Assembly (NCBI GenBank): GCA_950097015.1
Contig: CATNEN010000024.1
Span: 4,774,001 to 4,838,000, forward strand
Source: Macrostomum hystrix
Lineage: Eukaryota; Animalia; Platyhelminthes
Direction of reading: 5' to 3'
DNA: 64,000 bases
In this document: positions 1 through 12,802 of the stretch, piece after piece
Layout: each line of letters opens with the position of its first letter
How positions within the stretch are numbered: the stretch's first letter is position 1
The notes under the pieces: model-generated
The model's database searches: none
What the model saw: the letters and a program-made list of their open reading frames with translations, nothing else
Told to the model about the DNA's origin: nothing
Translations under genes and position numbers: made by a program

Positions 1-397
1 CTGAAAGAAACAGTCTGTGAGCCGGGCAAATTTGGACTGTCAGGCGGTCATGCAGAGTAGCAGCGGTTGCTGGGGCTCCACCCGCCCAGCCTCCCAACTG
101 AAGGCGGTGCTATTCATCGCCTGTGCATTTGGTTTACAACGCTAGGCGTTTCGCCACTTTATTGATGTTTTGCGATGCCAGGAAAAGGTGCATTATATAC
201 AGCCGTTTCTCCTCCCTAACACCCACCTCCTATAGATCCCCAGCCGTTACATATCTATAATTCTGTATGTTTCTAGTTTAAACTTAACCTGTCAAACTGG
301 CACCTAATATCTACCTGCCCGGATAAGAATTGCTGCAGATAATGCTGTGAATGTGGCTCTTGCAGGCTTAGCCTTTTGCCCCCAACACAGCATGGCC

Positions 398-1035
398 TGA
401 TTGAGGCAGTGAAAGAGTGACTGATTGAGTGAATGAGTGCCTGATTGAGTGAATGAGTGACTGATTGAGTGAATGAGTGACTGATTGAGTGAATGAGTGA
501 CTGATTGAGTGAATGAGTACCTGATTGAGTGAATGAGTGCCTGATTGAGTGAATGAGTGACTGATTGAGTGAATGAGTACCTGATTGAGTGAATGAGTAC
601 CTGATTGAGTGAATGAGTGACTGATTGAGGTAGTGAATGAGTGACTGATTGAGGTAGTGAATGAGTGACTGATTGAGGTAGTGAATGAGTGACTGATTGA
701 GGTAGTGAATGAGTGACTGATTAAGTGACTGAGTGACTGATTGAGTGAATGCGTGACTGATTAAGTGAATGCGTGACTGATTGAGTGAATGCGTGACTGA
801 TTGAGTGAATGAGTGCCTGATTGAGTGAATGAGTGACTGATTGAGTGAATGAGTGACTGATTGAGTGAATGAGTGACTGATTAAGTAAATGAGTGACTGA
901 TTGAGTGAATGAGTGACTGATTGAGGTAGTGAATGAGTGCCTGATTGAGTGAATGAGTGACTGATTGAGTGAATGAGTGACTGATTAAGGTGATGAATGA
1001 GTGAGCGATGGAGTAAATGAGTGACTGATTAAGAG
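398..1035. repeat. Minisatellite, 20-bp unit GAGTGACTGATTGAGTGAAT (24-bp variants)
   Basis: Tandem periodicity read directly; edges approximate. Confidence 0.95.
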
Positions 1036-1071
1036 AAGGAACACGACACCTACGGGTTCCTGTGAGCATAC

Positions 1072-1412
1072 CGCACATTGTCTCACAATAGATGAGATAG
1101 CGCATGTGCATATCAAATTGCAATGGCCAGTTGAATTCCTAATAGAATGAAGAAGTGTTGGGAAATCTGATTTCAACCCAGGATCCGCCCATTCCCACGT
1201 CGCTAAGATAACGAAATCTGTGGCCGAATTGGAAAAGTCAAGGAAGCGAAAGGAAATCCGACCTTTGACTTTGGTTGTCACGAGTGGTCAAGACTGCGTT
1301 GCTATCTGCTATTGGTTGTTGTCCTGTCGATTGTTGCGAGTGGCAAGGCATTGTTGTGGATGGCGGGGTAATACGAGAGACATACAGGGCCTGTTGCATC
1401 ACCACGAGGACG
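1072..1412 (-). CDS. Candidate exons of an unidentified minus-strand gene with very short introns
   Basis: Exons ~1412-1263, 1217-1178 and 1138-1072 joined by GT..AG introns of 45 and 39 nt keep one open frame (..NQSQR|FRYLSDVGMGGSW|EFNWPLQFDMHMRYLIYCETMC); GTATGC donor at 1071; no family recognised. Confidence 0.3.
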
Positions 1413-2449
1413 TCTTGTATGTATATATGTATATATTAGGCAAACACAAGCTTGGACACAAAGCCAAAAGTATAGTTGCTCTCTTATCAGTGTGACAGGA
1501 CTGGGATGGACATCAAGGTGTTGCGTTCTCCCACAGCGCCTTGGTTGCTGGGCTGGTTGACGGGCAAATTTCCCATGTCTTCTGTCGCACCACACCGTGG
1601 TTCGCATCCGATTCGCTCCGTGTGTGGTCTAGCATTTGTGCGGCGTGTGAGTGCTTGTGTTTACACTATTGCACCCAGTTTAGTTTGTTTCAGTTTGTTG
1701 CTATGCAAAAATCTGTCGCTTTTATAGCCTTGATTTCCGCCTTTGACTATGCTTTGCTTAGAAGAGTCTTAGTTCCCATCGCGAGGATTTTATAAAGTGT
1801 AAATTTTTCCTAGATTCCCACTAGAAAAAGCTTGTAGCTAAATTTCCCGTCTCGAGCCATTGTGTCATAAACATTGTAACTAAAATTGACTGTTGCTGAG
1901 CTTGTCGTAAAAATACTTGCCAGAAAAAATGAAGTTTTACGATAAGAGAAATATAGATGGAGAAAGGTGAGATGGAGAGAGAAGTAGATAAGAGAGGCAA
2001 AGAGGGAGAGAGAAGTACATAAGCATAAATGGATGATATTTCTAGGTACAAAGAGATAGATTAAACTGATTCTAATCTAAGCCCAGACATTAAAATGTTA
2101 AATTTTAAATAGATGGCTGTCAACTTATAAGCTTCATTTGACAATGGCCACATGTTGCATACTGGGGGTCTTGCGGGAGGGAACCCAGTGTCAGATCCGT
2201 GTGAGTTCACTCACCAAGCTTCACTCTGAGATTTGGTTCACTGCGCGACAAAGCCTCACGTGACCATCAGGCCGCACACGAGTGATATTGTGGGTGGTCC
2301 AAGCAGTTTCTACCCGATCAAACAAAAAATATCCAAGGCTGTCTCAAATTAGAGAATTATACAGGCGATCAGGCACAGATGCTACCGTCTGGGGACCTCC
2401 CCCCTAGTGTTTTCCACACCTGTAACTCGTGTCCAGCCAGGAGCAAATG

Positions 2450-2483
<34 letters not shown>

Positions 2484-2769
2484 AGTGTGAACGAGGGACC
2501 CCAATTATCCCATCAATGAGTGGGTGTTACCGGGCAGCAACAGGGCAGGTCCCATGCAGTGTGTGGCGCTCGAGTCTCCGCGGGAATTCCTCTTGCCCAA
2601 CCCCCAGCCCAACTAGGTCGGCAGTGACCAGCGAGGTGTCATTGTTGTGGCTTTAATCCGTAGAGAGCTCGGAAGGGGATATTTTCTGAAATTGCGTCAC
2701 ACACAAACACGTCAAACACATCACAGGACAGACCCCGAGGGAGGCAACTCCACCTGGGAAAGGTTGCGG

Positions 2770-2990
2770 TGGAGCGAGGGTGGGGGCTGACGACGCTGGG
2801 GAGGCGGCGGAGTGGGAGAGCGATTCGCAGCCCATTGGATCCCGCCCACCCAGGGTAGAATGGGGAGTCGCCGCCCCCTCTCCTCTCCTCCCTTCGCTCC
2901 TGCTGCTTCCCCACAAGCCCCCTCCTCTCCCGGCGGGACCGAGGGGTATTATAAAAGCAAGGCGCGAGTCCGACTTTTCCCAGATTGAAA
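2770..2990 (+). promoter_or_regulatory. Core promoter of the Sp5-like gene: GC/GT boxes and TATA box
   Basis: TATAAAAG at 2950-2957, about 120 nt before the ATG at 3075; GGGTGGGG, CCCGCCCAC and GCCGCCCCC motifs upstream. Confidence 0.6.
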
Positions 2991-3074
2991 AATTTCCACC
3001 AAAATTAAATTCTAGAGGCTTTCTTCATCGCTAGTAAATTTTGCTTGCAGACCGTGACGCCAAGAATTTCGGAA

Positions 3075-4343
3075 ATGATCCACGGTGCCGCCTTCTTGCA
3101 GCCGTTTTTCATGCACGGCCGGCCTTTCTGTGGCGACTATTGCGCCCACTACCAGCTGCCGCCGCAGCCGCAGCCGCAGCACAATCAGCAGCATCAGCAT
3201 CAGCATCAGCAGCAGCAGCAGCATCAGCAGCAGCATCAGCATCAGCAGCAGCAGCAGCAGCAGCAGCAGCATCAGCATCAGCAGCAGCAGCAGCAGCAGT
3301 GCCAACAAGTCGGGCATTCGCAGCATCATCTCAGAGTGCCACTGCAACCTGCGGGTCTCAGTCCGCCAATGTCTGCAATGGCTGCGGCGGCCGCAGTAGC
3401 GGCAGCTGCTGCAGCCGCAGTGTCGGCGGCGGCCGCAGCAGCCGCAGTTCCTTCGGCGAAGCGGCCGTATCACCAGGCTAGTCGCCGGCCAGTCGAGCGC
3501 TCGGCATCGTCCGGCAGCGGCTGCAGTTCGACGACAGGCGACGCTGCGTCCTGCAGCCCCGCCAAGCTCAGCTTCTCCGTTGAGTCGATCCTGTCCAACG
3601 CAGTCGGCCCGGCCAAAGCGGCGGCTCCCGCACCGTCCGACAAGAAGACAGTCGAGCAGCAGCTGAAGCAGCAGCAGGATGCCAGACGCCTGCGAGCCGC
3701 CTGGTGGTCGCTGAACATGCCCGTACCACAGCAGCAGCAGCAGCCGGTACCATCAGCGCCTACTGTGGCTAGGCCACGGCAGCAACAGCAGCAGCAGCAG
3801 CAGCAGCCGCAGCCGCCATCAAGGCAGAAGGCGCCGAAGCAGCAACGTCAGGTAGCTCAACCGGCAGCTCCGGGCAGCCAGCGCCGCTGCCGCCGCTGCC
3901 AGTGCCCGAACTGCATGGACCCGGGCCTGAAGCTGAAGCAGGGCGAGAGACGCGTTCACATCTGCCACTTTGACAACTGCGGCCGCGTCTACGGCAAGAC
4001 TTCGCACCTGAAAGCCCACCTGAGGTGGCACCGCGGTGATAGGCCGTTCGTCTGCAGCTGGTTCTACTGCGGCAAATCCTTCACCAGATCGGACGAGCTG
4101 CAGCGGCACATGCGGACCCACACAGGTGAAAAGCGGTTCTCCTGCGGCCAGTGCGGCAAGCGGTTCATGCGCTCCGACCACCTCAGCAAGCACCGCAAGA
4201 CGCACGAGCTGTGCGCCGCCGGCGTTGTCGGCGATATCGTCACGGACGTCAAAATTTTAGCCGATTTCGACGAAGAAGACGAGGATTTGGACCAGGAGAT
4301 TGACGTCGAGTCCACTGACGATAGCGAGGCGTCAATGCACTGA
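3075..4343 (+). CDS. sp5: Sp-family C2H2 zinc-finger transcription factor, Sp5/buttonhead type (422 aa, single coding exon)
   Basis: Buttonhead box [11 protein letters not shown] (3882-3914) and three Sp-type fingers (3957-4205: [34 protein letters not shown]); RRCRRC and the WWSL motif (3702-3713) match the Sp5 subfamily; first ATG 3075 (track start 3045 is TTG); TGA 4341-4343. Confidence 0.93.
   Translation: MIHGAAFLQPFFMHGRPFCGDYCAHYQLPPQPQPQHNQQHQHQHQQQQQHQQQHQHQQQQQQQQQHQHQQQQQQQCQQVGHSQHHLRVPLQPAGLSPPMSAMAAAAAVAAAAAAAVSAAAAAAAVPSAKRPYHQASRRPVERSASSGSGCSSTTGDAASCSPAKLSFSVESILSNAVGPAKAAAPAPSDKKTVEQQLKQQQDARRLRAAWWSLNMPVPQQQQQPVPSAPTVARPRQQQQQQQQQPQPPSRQKAPKQQRQVAQPAAPGSQRRCRRCQCPNCMDPGLKLKQGERRVHICHFDNCGRVYGKTSHLKAHLRWHRGDRPFVCSWFYCGKSFTRSDELQRHMRTHTGEKRFSCGQCGKRFMRSDHLSKHRKTHELCAAGVVGDIVTDVKILADFDEEDEDLDQEIDVESTDDSEASMH
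3150..3450 (+). repeat. Coding CAG/CAT and GCN repeats (polyQ/QH and polyA tracts)
   Basis: (CAG/CAT)n at ~3185-3305 and an alanine-codon run at ~3380-3445 inside the Sp5 ORF. Confidence 0.9.
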
Positions 4344-4669
4344 CTGCCTGCGATCAGTTTGACTTCAGACTATATCATAGGAAATGCTGCATTTTCTCAT
4401 GTGATAATACGTGCACTGATTTTGCTTAACTAAAGCCTCTGAATGCTTTTGTGTCGCGTTGAATACTATAGTGGTATATCCTTAGTAGATTATTATATCG
4501 ATTTACTGTTTAAAATTGTTAAATAGTTTGCTCATAAGCTCAACTCTTTTATTTACTCGTAGTTTGGATTCTCCTTCGATACTCGATATGTCAATAATAT
4601 TAGCAAAAGATAACAGAATTTTACCATAAATATTACAATCTTTGTAGGGACAATTTTAGCTTGGGATGG

Positions 4670-4675
4670 AATAAA
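4670..4675 (+). terminator. Candidate polyadenylation signal for sp5
   Basis: AATAAA about 330 nt after the stop codon; another at ~4983. Confidence 0.35.
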
Positions 4676-6860
4676 GACAGCACGTCTTTATCTGCATGCT
4701 TATTCACACAGACAGAGGTGTGCGGCTAGTTACAATGTGCAGCTGAACTATAAAATAGCTGTGTTTAATGCTAACTTTTAGTGCCTTGCCTGTTTATAGT
4801 GAAAAGCGATGCCGCTTACACTGAAATTTGGAATGTTTGGGGGGATAAGTTTTCGCAGGTTTTCGTGTCATATATTCCTAGCCTAACATTTGCCTAGCAA
4901 CCACATAGCACAGTATTATTTTGGCCCCTTGGTACTCTAAAACCTCGTTACCAACCCATCACCAACTGATACCGACCCGAATAATAAATCTGGGGAAAAT
5001 CTGTCCCTCTATTTAGTGTTGGGATGGTTTGGAGATGGGAGATGGGATTAATGCGTCTCCATGAGTTTCAAAAGTTGGTTTTCTATTTCGCATCTTTAAT
5101 TTTATTCCTTGTACATATCTATAAGTTATTTAGTTGTTTAGAAATGAATAATTTTTTATAAATATAATAAACAAAAGTGAGATTAGAATCCTGCCAAACA
5201 TTTGCGCGCATATTGGCGATGCGGTTATTTAGCCTATTTATCAACTTTTCGCAAGTTAATCAGGAAAGAACATGTTCATAGGTGTTACATGCAGAGACAA
5301 AAAACAGATAGGCCCAAGATTGAAGAGCCCGCATCGTATTGATGGTAGCGCGTGGCAACAAGTTGTCAAACTCATTACTAATGATGAATATCTTTGATTT
5401 TTTCAAGCAAACCCGCACGATAATTATAATTTTTAATAGTCTTATTAGGCCAGGTGTAAACAGAAGGTTTTGCCTTCTCGCTTGCCCGAAACTCTTTTGT
5501 CAGTCTGACTGGAGTGAACATTTTGAGTTTGGGGATTTCGGATAAATTTCCCCTTCCACATCGGCGACAGGATAGGAAGTGGTTTTGCCAGCTGAGCTGG
5601 AAAAAGAGGAGTAAAAAATGGGTGCGGCTTGGCATGCCGGAGCAGATTAAAAAAAGGGACCAAAGACTCCATTCAACTCAAGCTCACCAACACAGCCTAA
5701 ACTAGTTTTGGCGCTTCACTCAAACAACCGCAAAGAATTTGAGCTGACATTGAGACCTGCTGTTTCCTGCTCCGGCGCCACCCCACTCCGCCAAATTCTC
5801 TTGCTTCAACATCAGTGCAGCGTCGCGATAAGGTATAGGGGGGGTCAGTTTTTTAGCTTGGTTGGCAGCCCACATCGATGGCTCTGGTCCTCTTATTCTC
5901 TTTTTGATTGAACGGTTCTTCTCAACTTATTCCGTCCGTATATAGCTCTCGTCAAGGAAGTGGCGGCTGTGCCACCTCTGCTAGAATATTATATATATAT
6001 GAGTGTGTGTGTGCGTGTGTGGCACGCGAGGCGGCAGAGTCACAGAGACAGGACGCGGCGGGACAGACAGGCAAGGCAGGCCAGGTAACATTAGCTAAAT
6101 TCTTCATCTGGGATAGTTGAAGAGAACTGGCTTCAATCATGATGGATGATCATTTATTGGGTGGAGCTAATAGCAGTCAACTGGAGTTCAGTTAGACTTT
6201 CCACAACCCACACCGTGGGAGATCCTCTAGTCCTCCCTCCCCATTCCCGCATGGGCTGGCACGGACAGGGCGCATCCGACAGGGATTTTCACGCGCTGAG
6301 GGGACAGGGGGGATATTCAGTCTAACAAACAACAGGGGCGGGAAGAAGGTGAGCTGAGCACTGTGTTTCATAGTCGCCGAGGCATCAAAGAGGCGGCCGC
6401 CCGGTCCGCTGACAGCTCAACTGGAAGGGCGTGTGAGAGGGATGAGAAGAAGCCGGCAATGGGATTAAACTCGCCACTTCTCTGCTGAGACTTAACTCCA
6501 TTGACTCCCCTCCTATATACCTTGACTTCCTTCCGCCTCGCTCAATCAAGCGGCTGTGGCGGGGGGCCTGCTCAAGTGACAACTCAAGTCCTGCAGCGCA
6601 CCGCTCAAGCCATTCTATCTAATTTATCCCATTGTCTCGTGTGTTTTTTGACATTGTGCGTTGTTTTCTGACACCAGCTCAACTAACAGGCAAAGGGGGG
6701 AGTAGGGTGAGGGTACGGCTGCTGCTGCTGCGGCTGCTCTTAGACAGCGGCTCTTTAGAAGTTTTAGCCACGGCATTGGAATGGGACAATATGATGCGTA
6801 TATCGCGACGTGCAGCGGGTCCATAGAAATCCAAAAAAGATCTGCTTTATTCTGTACATG

Positions 6861-7479
6861 CTCGTTCCAGTGATCCCAAAGACAGAAATTCTCGTTCCAG
6901 TGATCCCAAAGACAGAAATGCTGTTTCCAGTGATCCCAAAGACAGAAATGCTGTTTCCAGTGATCCCAAAGACAGAAATGCTCGTTCCAGTGATCCCAAA
7001 GACAGAAATGCTGGTTCCAGTGATCCCAAAGACAGAAATGCTCGTTCCAGTGATCCCAAAGACAGAAATGCTGGTTCCAGTGATCCCAAACACAGAAATG
7101 CTCGTTCCAGTGATCCAAAAGACAGAAATGCTCGTTCCAGTGATCCCAAAGACAGAAGTGCTCGTTCCAGTGATCCCAAAGACAGAAATGCTCGTTCCAG
7201 TGATCCCAAAGACAGAAATGCTGTTTCCAGTGATCCCAAAGACAGAAATGCTCGTTCCAGTGATCCCAAAGACAGAAGTGCTCGTTCCAGTGATCCCAAA
7301 GACAGAAATGCTGGTTCCAGTGATCCCAAAGACAGAAATGCTGGTTCCAGTGATCCCAAAGACAGAAATGCTCGTTCCAGTGATCCCAAAGACAGAAATG
7401 CTCGTTCCAGTGATCCCAAAGACAGAAATGCTGGTTCCAGTGATCCCAAGGGCAGAAATGCAGGTTCCAGTGATCCCAA
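6861..7479. repeat. Minisatellite, 30-bp unit CTCGTTCCAGTGATCCCAAAGACAGAAATG (~20 copies)
   Basis: Direct periodicity; produces the repetitive ORFs at 6624-7568. Confidence 0.97.
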
Positions 7480-8136
7480 CGATTATAATTTCTGATCCCT
7501 GATTGCAGAAATGCAGGTTCCCGGTATCCCAAATGGCCAAATCCAGTTACAATGAACGCCGTTTTCATTGTAGTTTTAAATCCTGTGTTTACAACTCAAA
7601 TGCGAAATGATTTTGGGTATTTCAGTTTCGAAAGGGGAAGAATGAGAAGGAATGCCGTGATTTTTAATTCTACCTGCATGAAATCAGTTTTATACAATTC
7701 CTTAGCAGGGGCTGTCCCTGCTCCATTGAAAATCCGGCTTGGGATCGATTTCCTAACAAAGATGATGATATTATTGAACACAATAGAGATGCATAGATGC
7801 GACAGGCCGCGTATCCATCTGAAACAAAATTGACCCACCTTCCAATAGGCCGCAGTCTCCATTGTTCATTAAAAAAAACATAGCTAGAAACGAGCTGTGA
7901 GCGTGTGTGGCCCCGGAATGAAAGCCTCTCTATTTGGAAATAAAAAGCCGCAGACAAAGACCTGACACAGGTGAGGAAGCAGAGGAAGCGATATCAACTG
8001 GGATTCCATAGCATGTCCGGTGCAAGCCTCTGACGGATAAACAACTCAGACCTACTCAAAGCCTTTGAGATAGGATATCATTTGAAATTCGCAGCTTGAG
8101 AATCTGCGGAGCTGATTTGACAGCATTGTCATAAAA

Positions 8137-8580
8137 CCAAACCCGAAATCATTCCGAACCCGAAATAATTCGGAGCCCGAAATCATTCAGAACACGAAAT
8201 CAACCCGAACCCGAAATCAATCCGAACCCGAAATCAACCCGAACCCGAAATCAACCCGAACCCGTAATCATTCCGAACCCGAAATCATTCCGAAAAACCG
8301 AAATCATTCCGAAAGTGAAATTAATCCGAACCCGAAATCAACCCGAACCCGAAATCAACCCGAACCCGAAATCAACCCGAACCCGAAATCATTCCGAACC
8401 CGAAATCAACCCGAACCCGAAATCAATCCGAACCCGAAATCAACCCGAACCCGAAATCAATCCGAACCCGAAATCATTCCGAACCGAAATCATTCCGAAC
8501 CCGAAATCATTCTGAAAAACCGAAATCATTCCGAAAAACCGAAATCATTCCGAAACTGAAATTAATCCGAACCCGAAATT
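8137..8580. repeat. Minisatellite, ~17-bp unit AACCCGAAATCA(A/T)(C/T)CCG
   Basis: Direct periodicity. Confidence 0.93.
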
Positions 8581-9126
8581 AAAAATAGTAAAACTTTGTC
8601 AATCGATTTTTATTCAACTCATGGCAACAATTGTTGAAATATTTTCTATATTGACTTGATGAGTTAAATACCACGATTATTTTATCCCAGCTTTATTCGC
8701 ACCAAGGCAATATACAATTAGATTGCCACCTGAGACGGTTGGTCAACGAATATGAGCATAATAAAAAGCAAACTGAATTGCGTCACGGTGCAGAAGCAAC
8801 TGATTCGGCACGTGACCTGTCGGATTATTACCGGCGTGAAAGGAAATAATACGCTTTTGAGACCGGAAGGCGAATAGTGGGACGCTGTAGGTTGGAATGC
8901 TAGCTCACATAAAGCAGACATCCCATAGATGATATTTTAAGCAATATCTTCCAGTTTAAGCTGGACAATGCGAATGTCGCCTTTTGTTAAAGCGGAAGCC
9001 AAGATAAAGCAATGAATGACCATTTTCGGGGGGGAATTCAGATCAGGAAATTCAGCGAGACTGGGATAGTTTCAGATTCTTTGAAGTAAGCTAATCCCCA
9101 AATTATAAATTATAAAGGCCATAAAA

Positions 9127-9590
9127 TCTAAGAATAAGAATTCCCGAAATTTAAGAATTCCCAAAATCTAAGAATTCCCTAAATCGAAGAATTCCTAAAA
9201 TCTAAGAATTCCCAAAATCGGCGAATTCCCAAAATCGGCGAATTCCCAAAATCGGCGAATTCCCAGAATCTAAGAGTTCCCTAAAGGTAAGAATTCCCAA
9301 AATCTAAGAGTTCCCTAAAGGTAAGAATTCCCAAAATCTAAGAGTTCCCTAAAGGTAAGAATTCCCAAAATCTAAGAGTTCCCTAAAGGTAAGAATTCCC
9401 TAAATCGAAGAATTCCTAAAATCTAAGAATTCCCAAAATCGGCGAATTCCCAAAATCGGCGAATTCCCAGAATCTAAGAGTTCCCTAAAGGTAAGAATTC
9501 CCTAAATCTAAGAGTTCCCTAAAGGTAAGAATTCCCTAAATCTAAGAGTTCCTAAAATTTAAGAATTACCAAAATCTAAGAATTCCAAAA
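9127..9590. repeat. Minisatellite, 17-bp unit AAGAATTCCCAAAATCT with variants
   Basis: Direct periodicity. Confidence 0.93.
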
Positions 9591-11883
9591 AGCGCGAGCG
9601 GAATAGAATGATTAAATTCGCGACAATTCACCCAGCTACTGATCTGGTGAAGTTAGCCCACTAAATCCTTAAGACAAAGTCAGTCTGTCCACACAGCATG
9701 CCGCATAATCCTTTTATTTGCCGCTTCCGGGTTTCTGCTCAGTGGCTGGCAAGGCAACACGCGATCAGCTTGTTCTGGCTGCCATAAAGTACAAATAGTG
9801 TGTACCGCGAGAGTGTCTTTAAATCCCTGCCGCAAGAACAGATTTTCCTTCTTTCAGCGCAGAAAAACTCTAGTCTCCAATAACGCCTAGGCGCCTTTGA
9901 ACTTTGCCGCTCCCTTGTCAAAATGCTGCGCAATTTTGAGGCGGTTTTCTGCCGGGTCGGGGCGGCGGGTCGGCTATTCCACATTTCCGAATGCGGAGGG
10001 GATTATTCAAGGCATTATCGGGGATCCGTAGTTTATAGGGGGATATTTCTTCAGCTACACCGAGAAGAAAATGGAAAGCCTTCTCAAGTTTTCAAGGAGG
10101 TAGGGCGGGGTGGAAAACAATAGAAGGGAGGCCGCTATAATCCCTAGTGAGGAGGTGGGGAGACGGCGGTGGGTGGCAAAAGATCTCAGCTTAGTTGGTT
10201 GTCGTCGGATTTGGGAATTTGAGTAGCATAATCAGACAGCCGCGGCAGTCTAGCTGAAAAGAGGGCAGCTGGCACTGAGGAACAATGCTCTCCCGCACCG
10301 AAGGCCTTATCAAGCACAATATCCATAGCGGACTGCTCACACACCGTTTCATATGCATAGACACAAACTCTGCTCAAACACTCACACACACAAAAAAACG
10401 GGACTCATAGACAGCGGCAGAGAGAAGGAGGGGCGGGAATAATACTCTCTATTCACCCACAGCTCCCCCGATTCTCAGTATTTGCATTAACCGCCGCCGC
10501 CGCCGCCCCCCGGACTATAGATTGGCCCTTTCACCAGTTCTTTTAGCCTCAAATTTTCTCATTCTCTCGCTCACTCACCGCTTCTATGTATTGCGCTATA
10601 AGCCGGCGGTGCTGCTGTGACGGCACGCCTTGTCAAATTGGCTTCGCGACGCGTTTAATGAAAAGTAAGGATCGAGAAAATGGCATTGCTCACAATGGGA
10701 CATTGGGTGGAGCTCACCTTTTGGCTAGGGGGGGGGGGCGGGGGCGGAGGCAGCGGCGGCGGCGGGGGTGAAATGTGGGTTGGGGCGGAGAGCTTGAGCT
10801 CAAAATGCGTGGCTTCCAACCTGACATCAATCAGAGGCGCTGTCGGCTTATACAATGGGGTTGGTGTGTGTGTGTGTGTGTGTGTATACGCACCTTATAT
10901 TGCTCGAGTTATGGTTATCTTTGTTCTATATTCTGCTGCCGCCTGCACAGTTTGTGTGCCAAGCAAATCGAAGTTACCCCTGCTCAGAGCTCTGTCAGTC
11001 AGTTTAAGTCCAGCCAGCAGTCAGTGGCAGCGCGGAGAGACAACTACAAAGGCGCCGCCAGAAATGTTGACACTGCCCCAGTTCTTCTTGTTGGCCTTCC
11101 TTCTCTCGCAGATGCCGCCTGGTTTAGCTGGCCAAGCGGCGGGTGCTGGGGGTGGGAGGTTAAGATCTGTTAAAAAAACAGAATTACTCCCAGGAGATCC
11201 ACTTTAGTCCAGAATTAACTGAAATGCCTTGAGTTGAGGGTGCAATAAAAAAATTGGTTTGACACTGAGCAGTGTGACAATTCTAACCATGGCCAAACGG
11301 TTAAGGAAAGAAATGAATGGGAGAATTGCCAAGACATGTGGTTCTGTCTATTATCTGCTGAGGTTAGTGAGTGAGAGAGGGTGTCATATAGTTAGCGTAG
11401 GCAGCAGCAGCAGCAGCGGCGGCAGCGGTGGCGGCAATGTAGAAATAAAAAACACACTTCCAGTGTGTGGCACGCGTTAGTCGCGAAGCAGCGACTCTGT
11501 CTATAACATTAGCATTGAGCTCATTCTTAGATCTGTAGTAGATTTTTCTAGCTAAACCCGCCTGGGTGTCATTAAGTTAGGCTAGCGGGGGTCTTTTGGC
11601 ACAGGAGGGGAAAAACTTTTATTGTCCAGCCGCTTGTGACAGCCCTGGCATTCGACTGTGAATTATGTATCAAGGAGATATATGACACGCCGGCATTCGA
11701 ATTCCCAAAGCGACGATTAAAATAATATGGTGAAGTCTCACTATACAATCACTTGGAAAGGTGCTACCAGCATGTACATACAGTCGTCACACTGATCTCT
11801 CTCTCTATGCCTCTCTCTCCATCACAGTGGGCTGATAGCTTCAAAGAAACAATACGCAAAAAACTGGAAAAAGAGAAAGAAAA

Positions 11884-12802
11884 GGAGACTGAGATGAAGA
11901 GAGGGAGACTGAGAGGAAGAGAGGGAGACTGAGATGAAGAGAGGGAGACTGAGATGAAGAAAGAGAGTGAGAGGAATAGAGAGATAGTGGAAGAGAGGGA
12001 GACTGAGATGAAGAGAGAGAGTGAGATGAAGAGAGAGAGTGAGAGGAAGAGAGGGAGACTGAGATGAAGAGAGGGAGACTGAGATGAAGAGAGAGAGTGA
12101 GAGGAAGAGAGGGAGACTGAGATGAAGAGAGAGACTGAGATGAAGAGAGAGAGTGAGATGAAGAGAGGGAGAGTGAGAGGAAGAGAGAGAGTGAGAGGAA
12201 CAGAGAGATAGTGGAAGAGAGAGAGTGAGAGGAACAGAGAGATAGTGGAAGAGAGAGAGTGAGAGGAACAGAGAGATAGTGGAAGAGAGAGAGTGAGAGG
12301 AACAGAGAGATAGTGGAAGAGAGAGAGTGAGAGGAACAGAGAGATAGTGGAAGAGAGAGAGTGAGAGGAACAGAGAGATAGTGGAAGAGAGAGAGTGAGA
12401 GGAACAGAGAGATAGTGGAAGAGAGAGAGTGAGAGGAACAGAGAGATAGTGGAAGAGAGAGAGTGAGAGGAACAGAGAGATAGTGGAAGAGAGAGAGTGA
12501 GAGGAACAGAGAGATAGTGGAAGAGAGAGAGTGAGAGGAACAGAGAGATAGTGGAAGAGAGAGAGTGAGAGGAACAGAGAGATAGTGGAAGAGAGAGAGT
12601 GAGAGGAACAGAGACCTAGTGGAAGAGAGAAAGTGAGAGGAACAGAGACCTAGTGGAAGAGAAAGAGTGAGAGGAACAGAGAGATAGTGGAAGAGAGAGA
12701 GTGAGAGGAACAGAGAGATAGTGGAAGAGAGAGAGTGAGAGGAACAGAGAGATAGTGGAAGAGAGAGAGTGAGAGGAACAGAGAGATAGTGGAAGAGAGA
12801 GA
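11884..12802. repeat. Purine-rich minisatellite: 20-bp units grading into 34-bp GAGAGATAGTGGAAGAGAGAGAGTGAGAGGAACA
   Basis: Direct periodicity; + strand is almost all purine. Confidence 0.95.

Noticed and set aside
3045-3074. ORF-track start at 3045 for sp5 (and 38177 for neurobeachin)
   Set aside because: These are TTG codons; the first in-frame ATGs are 3075 and 38192
3012-4315. Alternative-frame and antisense ORFs over sp5 (153, 146, 128 aa and others)
   Set aside because: Shadow ORFs of GC-rich, CAG-rich coding sequence
6624-7568. Four overlapping 210-314 aa ORFs
   Set aside because: A 30-bp unit leaves several frames open on both strands; no non-repetitive coding context
10586-11207. 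175-aa and 132-aa GC-rich ORFs, and similar ones at 19713-20183
   Set aside because: Contain microsatellites and G-runs, with no recognisable domain or consistent splice structure; treated as non-coding
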